From positions 1 through 64,000 of the forward strand of contig JBEPZY010000005.1 in NCBI GenBank assembly GCA_041640595.1: 64,000 nucleotides of DNA, in the 5' to 3' direction. The stretch's first letter is position 1; the number at the start of each line of letters is the position of its first letter. The position numbers and the translations under genes were made by a program. The stretch comes from Gemmatales bacterium (GTDB lineage Bacteria > Planctomycetota > Planctomycetia > Gemmatales > HRBIN36). This document shows positions 19,692 to 28,438 of this stretch, in pieces. Under the pieces are notes generated by a model. The model was not told where the DNA came from. It did not search any database and saw only the letters and a list, made by a program, of their open reading frames with translations.

Positions 19692-20424
19692 CGCTGTTCA
19701 CCTTGATGGGCAGTCGCGGCGGTTCCAGGGAAATACTGACGGCAGAGTATTGTAACTGGCTGGCCAGATGCTGAAGCAGCAACTCACGCACTTCGGCAGG
19801 GCGAATGCGGCGGCGACATTCCCGTTCCAGGGAAGTCATGGGCGGAGCTTCGTAGCCGGTCCGCACCAGACGGGAGCAGGTCAGATCGGGGCCGATATTG
19901 AAAATGGCGCCAAAACTACTCACACCCCGCCGCACATGCACGCCAACACAAGCAATCGGTCTGCCGGACACGCGAATTTCCATGCTGTCGCTGACCACCT
20001 CGGCGGGCAACAGGTAATGGCTGACCACTGCCGCCAGCGCCTGACACAGCCGACGTAAATACTCGACCAGACTCAATTGCCGCTGGGCCAGGGGAATCAC
20101 CGCATAAATCGCCAGCTGCCCGGGCAGGTGCAACCAGCAACCGCCACCGCGATTGACCCAGTGCACAGCCCAGTTACGCCGTTGCAATTCCTCCAGATCG
20201 ATTAGCAAATGGCGATAACTGCCCTGACGACCGACGCTGATAAGCGGTGGATGCTCACACAGAATCAAACTGCCCTGGCCCCGATACCAGGCTTGCGTGA
20301 CCAGGGCACTTTGCCAGTTCATTATGGCTGACCAATCCACCCGACCCAGCAAATAAGCCCGCAGGGGCGGAGCGTCGTTTTCGAGCAGTCCTGCTTGCGT
20401 CAGCCCAGCGGTTTCCGGTTGCAT
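19669..20424 (-). CDS. LipB (octanoyltransferase)-like protein with substituted catalytic residues
   Basis: EHPP..S.GR, RGG...H.PGQL.IY, G.(F)N and MTSL motifs present; KI->PI and PCG->RTG. Confidence 0.8.
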   Translation of the reverse strand: MQPETAGLTQAGLLENDAPPLRAYLLGRVDWSAIMNWQSALVTQAWYRGQGSLILCEHPPLISVGRQGSYRHLLIDLEELQRRNWAVHWVNRGGGCWLHLPGQLAIYAVIPLAQRQLSLVEYLRRLCQALAAVVSHYLLPAEVVSDSMEIRVSGRPIACVGVHVRRGVSSFGAIFNIGPDLTCSRLVRTGYEAPPMTSLERECRRRIRPAEVRELLLQHLASQLQYSAVSISLEPPRLPIKVNSGARITPR

Positions 20425-20744
20425 GCCCTGGTTACCTCACGGAATCCTACTCCACCGTTGCGAGCATTCATGCAGGCCGGCTTTCGTTTTCGTTTCGACC
20501 GGTTTTGGTTTCCTCGCGGAATCTCATACCACAGTTGCGAGGGCTTTCCACACGGCCCTTCTTCCGCCGACCACTGCTTCACCGGTCAAATTCCGATCCC
20601 GGCTGATCAGACCCGGTAGGAGGACTTGAGATGGTGTCCCTGTATGCTGCTTCGCCCCGGTCAAATTCCGATCTCCGCCGATGAGTGCTTGCCTCATGGA
20701 ATTGCAAATGGAATTTCAGAATCCGCTTTGCTTGACCATTGTTC

Positions 20745-21000
20745 GCTATCCACCGCTGACCGTCCACTGACCACCAATCCCTGATCGCCATCCACCGCTC
20801 ACTGATCACTGAGCACTGAGCACTGATTGCCGTCCACTGATCGCCGTCCACTGATCACTGGCCACTTGCTACAGCTTGCCTGACGGGCCACCGATCACCG
20901 TCCACTGGCCACTGACCATTGATCAAGGGGCACTATTCGCTGACCACTATTCGCGGGTCACTGATCACTGGCCACTGACCACCGATCACTGATCACGGGC
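20745..21000. repeat. Heptamer tandem repeat tract (CCACTGA/TCACTGA/CCACTGG family)
   Basis: e.g. cactgatcactgagcactgagcactgattg and cactgatcactggccactgaccaccgatcactgatcac. Confidence 0.8.
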
Positions 21001-21393
21001 CATTCGTCTTCTATCATGGCAGACATCCGGCTGCGAGCAAGTGGGCAGGCAAAATTTTCGCAGGCGCTGGCCGACACCTGAGCCGAGAGCATCCGCACAG
21101 GCGGAAAACTGACCCAATATAGCGTAGAATCCGCCGGTTAATTCCGGTGAGGTAACCGCTTTGTCTTGGCGATACGGGAATGGTTGTGCCCCGGCGAAAC
21201 TGCTTGTGCCGCCATGCCAGTCAGCTGGGTGTGAGCAATTGTTCCTGCAGCTGCCGATTCTGCACACGGCTGCGGTGAACTGGCCAAGCAGGGTCGAGGT
21301 TGCGAAAAATGATGGTGACGGGCTATGAAGCTACCCGGCACAGCAGCGGAATTTCGCTCTGGATGATTACTCGCGGCAAATGAGGAACTAATC

Positions 21394-22614
21394 GTGGCAC
21401 GTGTCTTGTTTGCCTTCAATGGCGACCTGGAATCGAGATTGGCCTTGTACTGGCTGGCACGCGAAGAAGGACACGAGGTCATCGCTTTCGCGGCCAACCT
21501 CGGCCAGGGGATTTATCTGGAACCTCTGGGGGAATTGGCGCTCGACCTGGGAGCGGTTTCGGCTCAGGTGGTGGACATCCGGGAAAGTTTCCTGCGGGAG
21601 TTTTGTTTACCGACATTGCAAGCGGATGCGGTGTATCAGTCGGGATACTTTTTGGGTACTGCTCTGGGTCGGTACGCGATTGCCAAAGAGATGGTGCGGC
21701 TGGCTCACGAAGAAGGCTGCCGAATCGTGGCCCACAGTGCCGCCAGCAAAGGCAATGCTCAGGTGCGCATGGAAGCGGCGATCATGTCGCAGGACCCCGA
21801 CCTGCAAATTCTGGCACCGGTGCGAACCTGGCCGCTCCGAACCTACCAGGACAAGATTGCCTATGCTCGCAAACGCGGTTTGGCGATCCCGGAGACCAAT
21901 GGCCGACAGCTCAACGTCGATCGCAATCTCTGGGGCGTTTCGCTTTATCTCGATGACCAGCTCGATGCTTGGGAATCCCCGCCGCCCGACATTTTTCAGA
22001 TCACGCGTGCTCCCGAAGCGGCACCGGATAGTCCCCAAGAAATCGTGCTGGCTTTCGAGCGAGGCGAACCGGTGCGGCTGAACGAGCAACAGCTGGAGCT
22101 GCTGCCGCTGGTGCAGGAACTCAATCGGTTGGGCGGCGAACACGGCATCGGGAGGGTGGATTGCATTGAGGATCGGCTCTTTGGCACGAAATCACGCGAG
22201 CTGTACGAAGCTCCTGCTCCGACCATCCTGCTGGCTGCCCATCAGGCTCTGGAAAGTCTCGTGCACAGCCGCGAGTTGATTCGCATCCGCGACATTCTCA
22301 GCCGACAATTTGCCGAACTGGTTTATAACGGCCAGTGGTTTACCGACACCCGACGCGCTTTGCAGCAATTCATCCAGGAGACGCAGCGTTTTGTTACCGG
22401 CGAGGTGCGATTGAAGCTGTACAAGGGGAGCGTCAGCGTCGTGGGTCGGCGGAGTCCGTACAGTTTGTACGATCCACGCCTGGCCAGTCGTGCGAACCAG
22501 GAGTTGCTCGGTAGTGATTGGAAAGACGCCCTGGCTAACTTATGGCGTTTGCCGGCCCGCCTGGCAGCACGGCATCAGCGCGAATCGAGCCAGGTGGATG
22601 CTACGCCGTTGTGA
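21394..22614 (+). CDS. Argininosuccinate synthase paralogue with degenerate active-site motifs
   Basis: Collinear with ArgG over the full length (LGQ, Y.LGT, KGN.QVR, DRNLWG, KSRELYE.P, LKLYKG, SLYD) but the PP-loop reads AFNGDLESR; GTG start with GAGGA RBS. Confidence 0.85.
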   Translation: MARVLFAFNGDLESRLALYWLAREEGHEVIAFAANLGQGIYLEPLGELALDLGAVSAQVVDIRESFLREFCLPTLQADAVYQSGYFLGTALGRYAIAKEMVRLAHEEGCRIVAHSAASKGNAQVRMEAAIMSQDPDLQILAPVRTWPLRTYQDKIAYARKRGLAIPETNGRQLNVDRNLWGVSLYLDDQLDAWESPPPDIFQITRAPEAAPDSPQEIVLAFERGEPVRLNEQQLELLPLVQELNRLGGEHGIGRVDCIEDRLFGTKSRELYEAPAPTILLAAHQALESLVHSRELIRIRDILSRQFAELVYNGQWFTDTRRALQQFIQETQRFVTGEVRLKLYKGSVSVVGRRSPYSLYDPRLASRANQELLGSDWKDALANLWRLPARLAARHQRESSQVDATPL

Positions 22615-22734
22615 GTTGCGGCCAGTTTCCCATGTTCGGGTTCGGCTCTATTGGGCGGCGCCATCGAGCTGATATCAGCCGCTTCGGCTAGCCCTGAGTG
22701 CCAGCCATCGGCTCTTTATCGCGGACAACCAATC

Positions 22735-23154
22735 ATGCCTCGGGTACAGTCGGCAGGCACGCTTTTGTACCGGCGTGGCGAAAAAGGTTGGGAAGTGTTG
22801 CTCGTGCATCCGTCGGGCGCTTACAACCGCCATCGGCCCTGGAGTATTCCCAAAGGCGTGCCCGACCCCGGAGAAGACCTGGAACATTGTGCGCGACGAG
22901 AAACGGCAGAAGAGACCGGCGTGGTGCCCGGCCCGCTGCAATACATCGGTTCGGTGAGTTATCGCAAAAGTCGTAAAACCATCCATGCCTGGGCGGGTCC
23001 TGCTCCTGCCGACGCCCAGCCACGCTGCGCCAGTTGGGAAGTGGATCAGGCGCGATTCGTTCCCCTGGAAGAAGCGCGACAATTGCTGCATCCGGATCAG
23101 GTGGCGTTTCTCGACCGTCTGGCAGAGCTTCTACACCGAGCCAACGCCCACTGA
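22735..23154 (+). CDS. NUDIX hydrolase
   Basis: WSIPKG followed by Nudix box GVPDPGEDLEHCARRETAEETG. Confidence 0.9.
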   Translation: MPRVQSAGTLLYRRGEKGWEVLLVHPSGAYNRHRPWSIPKGVPDPGEDLEHCARRETAEETGVVPGPLQYIGSVSYRKSRKTIHAWAGPAPADAQPRCASWEVDQARFVPLEEARQLLHPDQVAFLDRLAELLHRANAH

Positions 23155-23169
23155 ACCGGGCATCATGGT

Positions 23170-23220
23170 AACAGTGGCCAGTGACCAGTGGCGGTGATCG
23201 GTGACCAGTGGACGGTGAGC
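23170..23220. repeat. Short heptamer repeat tract (CAGTGGC/CAGTGAC) between convergent genes
   Basis: acagtggccagtgaccagtggcggtgatcggtgaccagtgg. Confidence 0.65.
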
Positions 23221-23287
23221 AGGGGCGGGTGATCGGCGGGTGGGGAGTGGTCGGCCGTTGAATGTTTGGCAGGAAGGCAAGACAGGG

Positions 23288-23728
23288 TCAGTTTTGGTTT
23301 GGACGAGCTTGAGGGCCGGCGGGTGGAACCTGGTTGAGCTTTACAAACACCGAAGCCTCCTCCCCGACAGTTTCCGCACGCAGATGCGCCGGGGTAACCG
23401 AGCCACTGGAACTATCGCCGGATTCCTGGCTTTTGCCGACGGATTCCACTTTCAATCGTGCGGAACCAATGGCGATGATGTCGCCGGGTTTCAGAGCCTG
23501 GCTGCCGGTAACTGGTTTGCCGTTGAGCAATGTGCCGTTGGTGCTGCCGAGGTCTTCCAGGACCACGTGGGTCTCAAGGAAAGCGATGCGGCAGTGCCGT
23601 CGGCTGATGTCGCGGGCACGGATGCGCAAATCACAGTCACGCCCCCGGCCGATTATCACTTCCGGTGGCCGCAGCAAAAACACTTGCGGTTCCCGAGCAT
23701 TGAGTACGACCAGACGCACTTCGAGCAT
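23288..23728 (-). CDS. FHA-domain protein
   Basis: IIGR, ISRRH, DLGSTNGTLLNG. Confidence 0.9.
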   Translation of the reverse strand: MLEVRLVVLNAREPQVFLLRPPEVIIGRGRDCDLRIRARDISRRHCRIAFLETHVVLEDLGSTNGTLLNGKPVTGSQALKPGDIIAIGSARLKVESVGKSQESGDSSSGSVTPAHLRAETVGEEASVFVKLNQVPPAGPQARPNQN

Positions 23729-23763
23729 GGCCAGATTGTCCCGGCAAGCGAACCCATGCTATT

Positions 23764-24465
23764 CTAGCGTATCAGCCAACCGACCAGCAACTCACCCAGA
23801 ATGCGCAGAGCGTTCCACGAACGTTGACCCTTGGCGAGGGTCTCGGCATCGTAGCGGATGGTGACCGGTACCTCGCAATACCGCCAACGGTGCCTGCTGA
23901 TCTGGTGAAGGATTTCCGAAGCGTGAGCCATGCGGTTCTGGCGAATCTGCAACTGCTCCGCTGCGGTTCGGGAAAAGGCTCGCAAGCCGTTGTGGGTGTC
24001 CGTGATATCCAGTCCGGTGGTGAGCCGGGTAAAGATCACGCCCAGCCGCAGCAACCATCGTCGCACTCGGGGAATGTTCACGGTTTCGCCGAGAAAACGC
24101 GACCCCAGCACCACCTCGGCTTGCCCCTGCAAGATAGGCTCGATGAGCCGGGCAATATCGCTTACCTGATGCTGGCCATCGGCATCGCAGGTGACCACGA
24201 TGTCGGCTCCTTGTTGGACTGCAAAGCCGATGCCGGTCGCCAGGGCGGCCCCCTGACCGAGATTGACGACGTGTTGCAACAGCCAGACCGGATACCGCAA
24301 GGCGACCTCAGCCGTCCCATCTTCCGAGCCATCATCCACAACCACCACGTGCGGATAATGGGCGCAGAGTTCGGCCAGCACTCGCCCGAGCCGGTTTGCC
24401 TCGTTGTAGGCCGGGATCACAATCCAGGTGCGCTGCCGATAATCCTCGTGTGCTGTTTCTTCCAT
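23764..24465 (-). CDS. GT2 glycosyltransferase (polyprenol-phosphate sugar synthase-like)
   Basis: IPAYNE, VDDGSED, NLGQGAA, DADGQH, GSRF, DTHNG.R. Confidence 0.9.
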   Translation of the reverse strand: MEETAHEDYRQRTWIVIPAYNEANRLGRVLAELCAHYPHVVVVDDGSEDGTAEVALRYPVWLLQHVVNLGQGAALATGIGFAVQQGADIVVTCDADGQHQVSDIARLIEPILQGQAEVVLGSRFLGETVNIPRVRRWLLRLGVIFTRLTTGLDITDTHNGLRAFSRTAAEQLQIRQNRMAHASEILHQISRHRWRYCEVPVTIRYDAETLAKGQRSWNALRILGELLVGWLIR

Positions 24466-24477
24466 AGGCCCGCTCGT

Positions 24478-25395
24478 TTCAGTGGTCAGTGCCCGGTCTA
24501 GTGGTCAGTGGCCAGTGATCAGTGGTCAGTCGCAGGTGGCTAGCCATCGGTGGCCGGCACAAGGGGTCAGCGACCGGTGGCCGGTGACCAGTGATCAGTG
24601 GTCGGTCGCAAAAGGCTAGTGGCTGATGCCCGGCGCAAGTGGTCGGACCAGTGGCCGGTGACCAGTGATCAGTGGACAGTCGCAAAAAGGCTAGTGGCTG
24701 ATGCCCGGCGCAAGTGGTCGGACCAGTGGCCGGTGACCAGTGATCAGTGGACAGTCGCAAAAAGGCTAGTGGCTGATGGCCGGCGCTAGTGGTCGGTGAT
24801 CGGTGACCAGTGGTCAGACTAGTGACCAGTGGCCAGTGATCAGTGGACAGTCGCAAAAGGCTAGTGGCTGGTGGCCGGCGCAAGTGGTCGGTGATCGGTG
24901 ACCAGTGCCAAGCCAGTGATCAGTGGTCAGTCGCAGGTGGCTAGCCATCGGTGGCCGGCACAAGGGATCAGCGACCGGTGGCCGGTGACCAGTGAGCAGT
25001 GGTCAGTCACAAAAGGCTAGTGGCTGGTGGCCGGCGCTAGTGGCCGGTGATCGGTGAACAATGGTCAGTGGCCGCCGGTGAGTCGCATGGGGGTGCTGGT
25101 CGTTGACCGTTGGCCGGTCGCAAGTGACCTTGTTCACCAACGACCGACCACAGATCACTGGACACCGATCACTGGTCTCGGGCCACGGATCACCGTTCAC
25201 CGATCGCTGGTCATTGGCCACGGATCACCGATCATCGATCACTGGGCACCGGCCACCGATCGCTGTTCACCGATCGCTGGCCACCAGCCACGGATCACTG
25301 GTCACCAGTCACCGGCCACTGGCCACTGATTATTGGCCACTGGTCACGGGCCACCGGTATCTGACCACTGGCCACTGACCACTGACCACTGGTCA
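24478..25395. repeat. Large heptamer-based repeat region: CAGTGGT/CAGTGAT arm with ~75 bp higher-order units, then an inverted CCACTGA arm
   Basis: cgcaaaaaggctagtggctgatg recurs at 24681 and 24756 (75 bp period) with variants near 24607, 24852 and 25008; orientation flips at about 25080-25140. Confidence 0.88.
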
Positions 25396-26367
25396 ATGCC
25401 CGCTTGTCTCGCTCGGGGCGTCGAGCAATTCGTAGAGCCGGAGATGGTAGGGGCCGAGTTTGCCGCCGTAATTCCCGGCACTGATACGTCGAATGCCCGG
25501 CCGACAAGCTGCCTGCAAGCCGAGACGCATTGCCTGCCGCACTGCCGATTCGCTCAGCCCGTCAATGACAATCTCGTACACGCAACTGACTCCTTCGGGC
25601 AAAGCGCTGTTCACCACGCCACGCAGTGTCGGACAGAAGGGGTCGTTGGTGCTGGCCCGAAGTTTTTTATAGCGACTGCCGACTTTGCTACCGCTGCGCA
25701 CCAGGCCACCGGGAAATGGCAAAATCACATCGGGCACTTTGCGGATAGCAGAAACCGCAGCCTCAGCGGCGATGCGAGCAGCGTCGGCAGTTTCGCCCAG
25801 GATCAGCAGGTTTCCCCCGGCAACGCCTTTCACCGTGCCGAAGAAGTCCTCGCAGACAAATTCGCCATCCATCACGGGAATACGCCAGAAGCGTCGCCGT
25901 AACCGCGTTTTTTTGCCGGCCAGTTCGATGAGCGGCGGGGGTTGTTCCGGACGCGATTCCAGCACTTTACTCATCTGCCAGCCGTCGCCGAAATATCGCA
26001 ACTGCCCGCCGATGCGAATCACCTTGTCGCCCGCAATAGGCAAACCGTTATAGCAGGCGGTGGTAGCGCAGGTGAGAATGCACTGGCCCACACGATTGAC
26101 CACCGCTTTCTGCAAAGCGTCGCGACTGAAGGCGAAGAACAGTAAAGCGACGCCGGGTCGGCCATCGGGGGTCTCTTCCGGAGCGAGTTCGCGTTCGATC
26201 CCGGCTTCGGCATCGCAGGCAATGACCGAGGTGCCGTACCCTGTTGCCGATGTTGCGGCGATGCGTGCCCATTCCGGCGTGGCTGCGGTGACGATCACCC
26301 GCGTCGCCGTCATCGGGAACGCTTCCGCGAAAGTATCCTCAATTTCCACGCCCTGATACACCCTCAT
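25393..26367 (-). CDS. fhcD: Formylmethanofuran--tetrahydromethanopterin N-formyltransferase (Ftr/FhcD)
   Basis: [69 protein letters not shown]. Confidence 0.95.
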   Translation of the reverse strand: MRVYQGVEIEDTFAEAFPMTATRVIVTAATPEWARIAATSATGYGTSVIACDAEAGIERELAPEETPDGRPGVALLFFAFSRDALQKAVVNRVGQCILTCATTACYNGLPIAGDKVIRIGGQLRYFGDGWQMSKVLESRPEQPPPLIELAGKKTRLRRRFWRIPVMDGEFVCEDFFGTVKGVAGGNLLILGETADAARIAAEAAVSAIRKVPDVILPFPGGLVRSGSKVGSRYKKLRASTNDPFCPTLRGVVNSALPEGVSCVYEIVIDGLSESAVRQAMRLGLQAACRPGIRRISAGNYGGKLGPYHLRLYELLDAPSETSGH

Positions 26368-26408
26368 GCGGTGGATTGTACAAACCCGCCAACCGGGAGC
26401 GCACCGGC

Positions 26409-26624
26409 ATATCCGTCGTCTCATCGCTAGGGAAAGCGAACAAAGTGTTCATGCCAAGGTGTTAGCGATCGGCGTTCCCTTTATATCCGGCATCCCATCG
26501 CTGGGAGGAAACGAAGAAAGTTCATGCCAAGGTGATAGCGATCGGTGTTCCGTTATATCCGTCATCCAATCGCCAGGGCTACGGGAAAAGTTCATCGCAA
26601 CCGGTTAGCGATCGGCGTTCCCTT
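26409..26624. repeat. Three imperfect ~72 bp tandem direct repeats in a divergent promoter region
   Basis: Units start atatccg at 26409, 26483 and 26555; each carries atcgc...gttcat...tagcgatcgg(c/t)gttcc. Confidence 0.8.
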
Positions 26625-26742
26625 CGTCTTTCCATTCAGAAACGGGGCGGTGGCTTGCCTCCGAACGGTGTACTGCACACAATAAAAAACGGGATCACCT
26701 TGCTTCGGCTTTGAGCCGTTGTCGTTTGTCAGGGAGAATGCC

Positions 26743-28425
26743 ATGCGGGGCGTCAGGGCGGTTATAGTGCTGGTGGCAATAGGTGCTTCGGAAGTTGTGC
26801 TAGGTTGGGCGTGGGCACAGGAAAATCCGCAGAGTAAACCGCGAGCGAGTCCGAATGCTGCTGAAACCAGCCAGCGTGCAGGCCACACGATTTCACCCTC
26901 GGAACTGGCGAAAGTCATTGACACCTGGATCGCGCGACGCTGGCAGGAAGAGCATGTTCGCCCGGCCGACCTGTCCGATGATGCGGAGTTTCTGAGGCGT
27001 GTGTATCTGGACCTGGTGGGTCGCATTCCTTCCGTTGCGGAAGCCCGGGCTTTCCTGGAGGATACCAGCCCGAACAAGCGGGCCGACCTGGTGCGCAGGT
27101 TATTGCATACGCCTGCTTTCCTCAACCACTGGAGCGCCATTCTGGCCGAGACATGGTTGAGTGGCAGCAGTGCGACCTTCGCGCGGGAGGCATTGCGGCA
27201 GAACTTGCAGGAATGGCTCCGCGAACAGTTGCGGCGTGGTAGCGGATATGACCAGATAGTGTACGAGTTGCTGACGGCGTACACGGGCGCCGGGTCAGCC
27301 CGTCCTAATGCAGGTGCGGTGTACTCACGCGGTTCGCCAGCCACTTTTTACGCTGCTCACGGTTACGACCCGCGCCAGCTGGCGGCCAGCGTGAGCCGGC
27401 AATTTCTCGGTATCCAGCTCGATTGTGCGGGGTGCCACAATCATCCCTTTGCGGCGTGGAAGCGGGAACAGTTCTGGCAGCTGGCGGCGTTTTTTGCTGG
27501 TTTCCGGCAAGTTCGAGCCGGGGGCCAGGTTTTTTACAACGGACAGGAAAATCCGCAGGTGCGGTCGCTGCAAATCCCCGACACCAACATCACCGTCCAG
27601 GCGCGTTTTCTGGACGGAAGCGAACCCAACTGGGAATCGGGCGAATCCACTCGCCAGGTGCTGGCGAAGTGGATTACCAGTCGGGATAATGTGTATTTCG
27701 CTCGGGCTGCGGTCAATCGGGTCTGGTATCAGTTGCTCGGCTACGGTTTGACCGATCCGCCCGACGACATGCACGAAGGCAATCCTCCGAGCCATCCGGA
27801 ACTGCTGGAGGTGTTGGGTCGTGGTTTTGCCCAGTCCGATTTCGATTTGCGGTTCCTGCTGGAAGCAATTTGTCTGAGCCAGGCGTATCAGCTGAGCAGC
27901 CGGCAGAGCGATCCCGGCCAAGCCAACCCCCGCCTGTTCGCTCGCCGCGTGGTTCGCCGCCTCACTGCCAGCCAGCTCTGGGATAGTCTGGTGGAGGCAG
28001 CTTACTGGAATCCACTGGCGGCGCGAGTTGACCCGAGCTTTCCGGTGTCGCCGTTCGGCACACCGACATCCTCGCTGGCTCAGCAGAGGCAAGCATTTCT
28101 CGAAAAATTCCGCGATCCCGCTAGCCGACCGGTGGAGGCGGAAACTTCGGTTTTGCAGGCCCTGGCTTTGATGAATGGCGAAACCACCGCGCGACTGACG
28201 CAACTGCATTCCAGCCCGATGCTGCAAATCATCCTCGACTACCCGGGCTGGGACGATGCCCGGCGGCTGGAAACGTTGTTTCTGGCCACGCTCACACGCC
28301 CGCCAACTCCGCACGAGCAAACACGCTTCCTGAATCATGTGAGAACCAGTGCCCCGCGAGAATCGGCCTGGGCGGATGTGTTCTGGGTGCTGCTGAATAG
28401 CCCTGAGTTCCTCACCAACCATTGA
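26743..28425 (+). CDS. DUF1549/DUF1553 planctomycete protein with signal peptide
   Basis: DAEFLRRVYLDLVGRIP, CAGCHNHPF, VNRVW, PSHPELL, QALALMNG, LFLATLTRPP, WVLLNSPEF. Confidence 0.9.
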   Translation: MRGVRAVIVLVAIGASEVVLGWAWAQENPQSKPRASPNAAETSQRAGHTISPSELAKVIDTWIARRWQEEHVRPADLSDDAEFLRRVYLDLVGRIPSVAEARAFLEDTSPNKRADLVRRLLHTPAFLNHWSAILAETWLSGSSATFAREALRQNLQEWLREQLRRGSGYDQIVYELLTAYTGAGSARPNAGAVYSRGSPATFYAAHGYDPRQLAASVSRQFLGIQLDCAGCHNHPFAAWKREQFWQLAAFFAGFRQVRAGGQVFYNGQENPQVRSLQIPDTNITVQARFLDGSEPNWESGESTRQVLAKWITSRDNVYFARAAVNRVWYQLLGYGLTDPPDDMHEGNPPSHPELLEVLGRGFAQSDFDLRFLLEAICLSQAYQLSSRQSDPGQANPRLFARRVVRRLTASQLWDSLVEAAYWNPLAARVDPSFPVSPFGTPTSSLAQQRQAFLEKFRDPASRPVEAETSVLQALALMNGETTARLTQLHSSPMLQIILDYPGWDDARRLETLFLATLTRPPTPHEQTRFLNHVRTSAPRESAWADVFWVLLNSPEFLTNH

Positions 28426-28438
28426 CAGGAGAAGTGCC

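Noticed and set aside
24479..25507. ORFs with TDHWPL / SDQWSV repeats
   Set aside because: By-products of heptamer repeats; not credible proteins.
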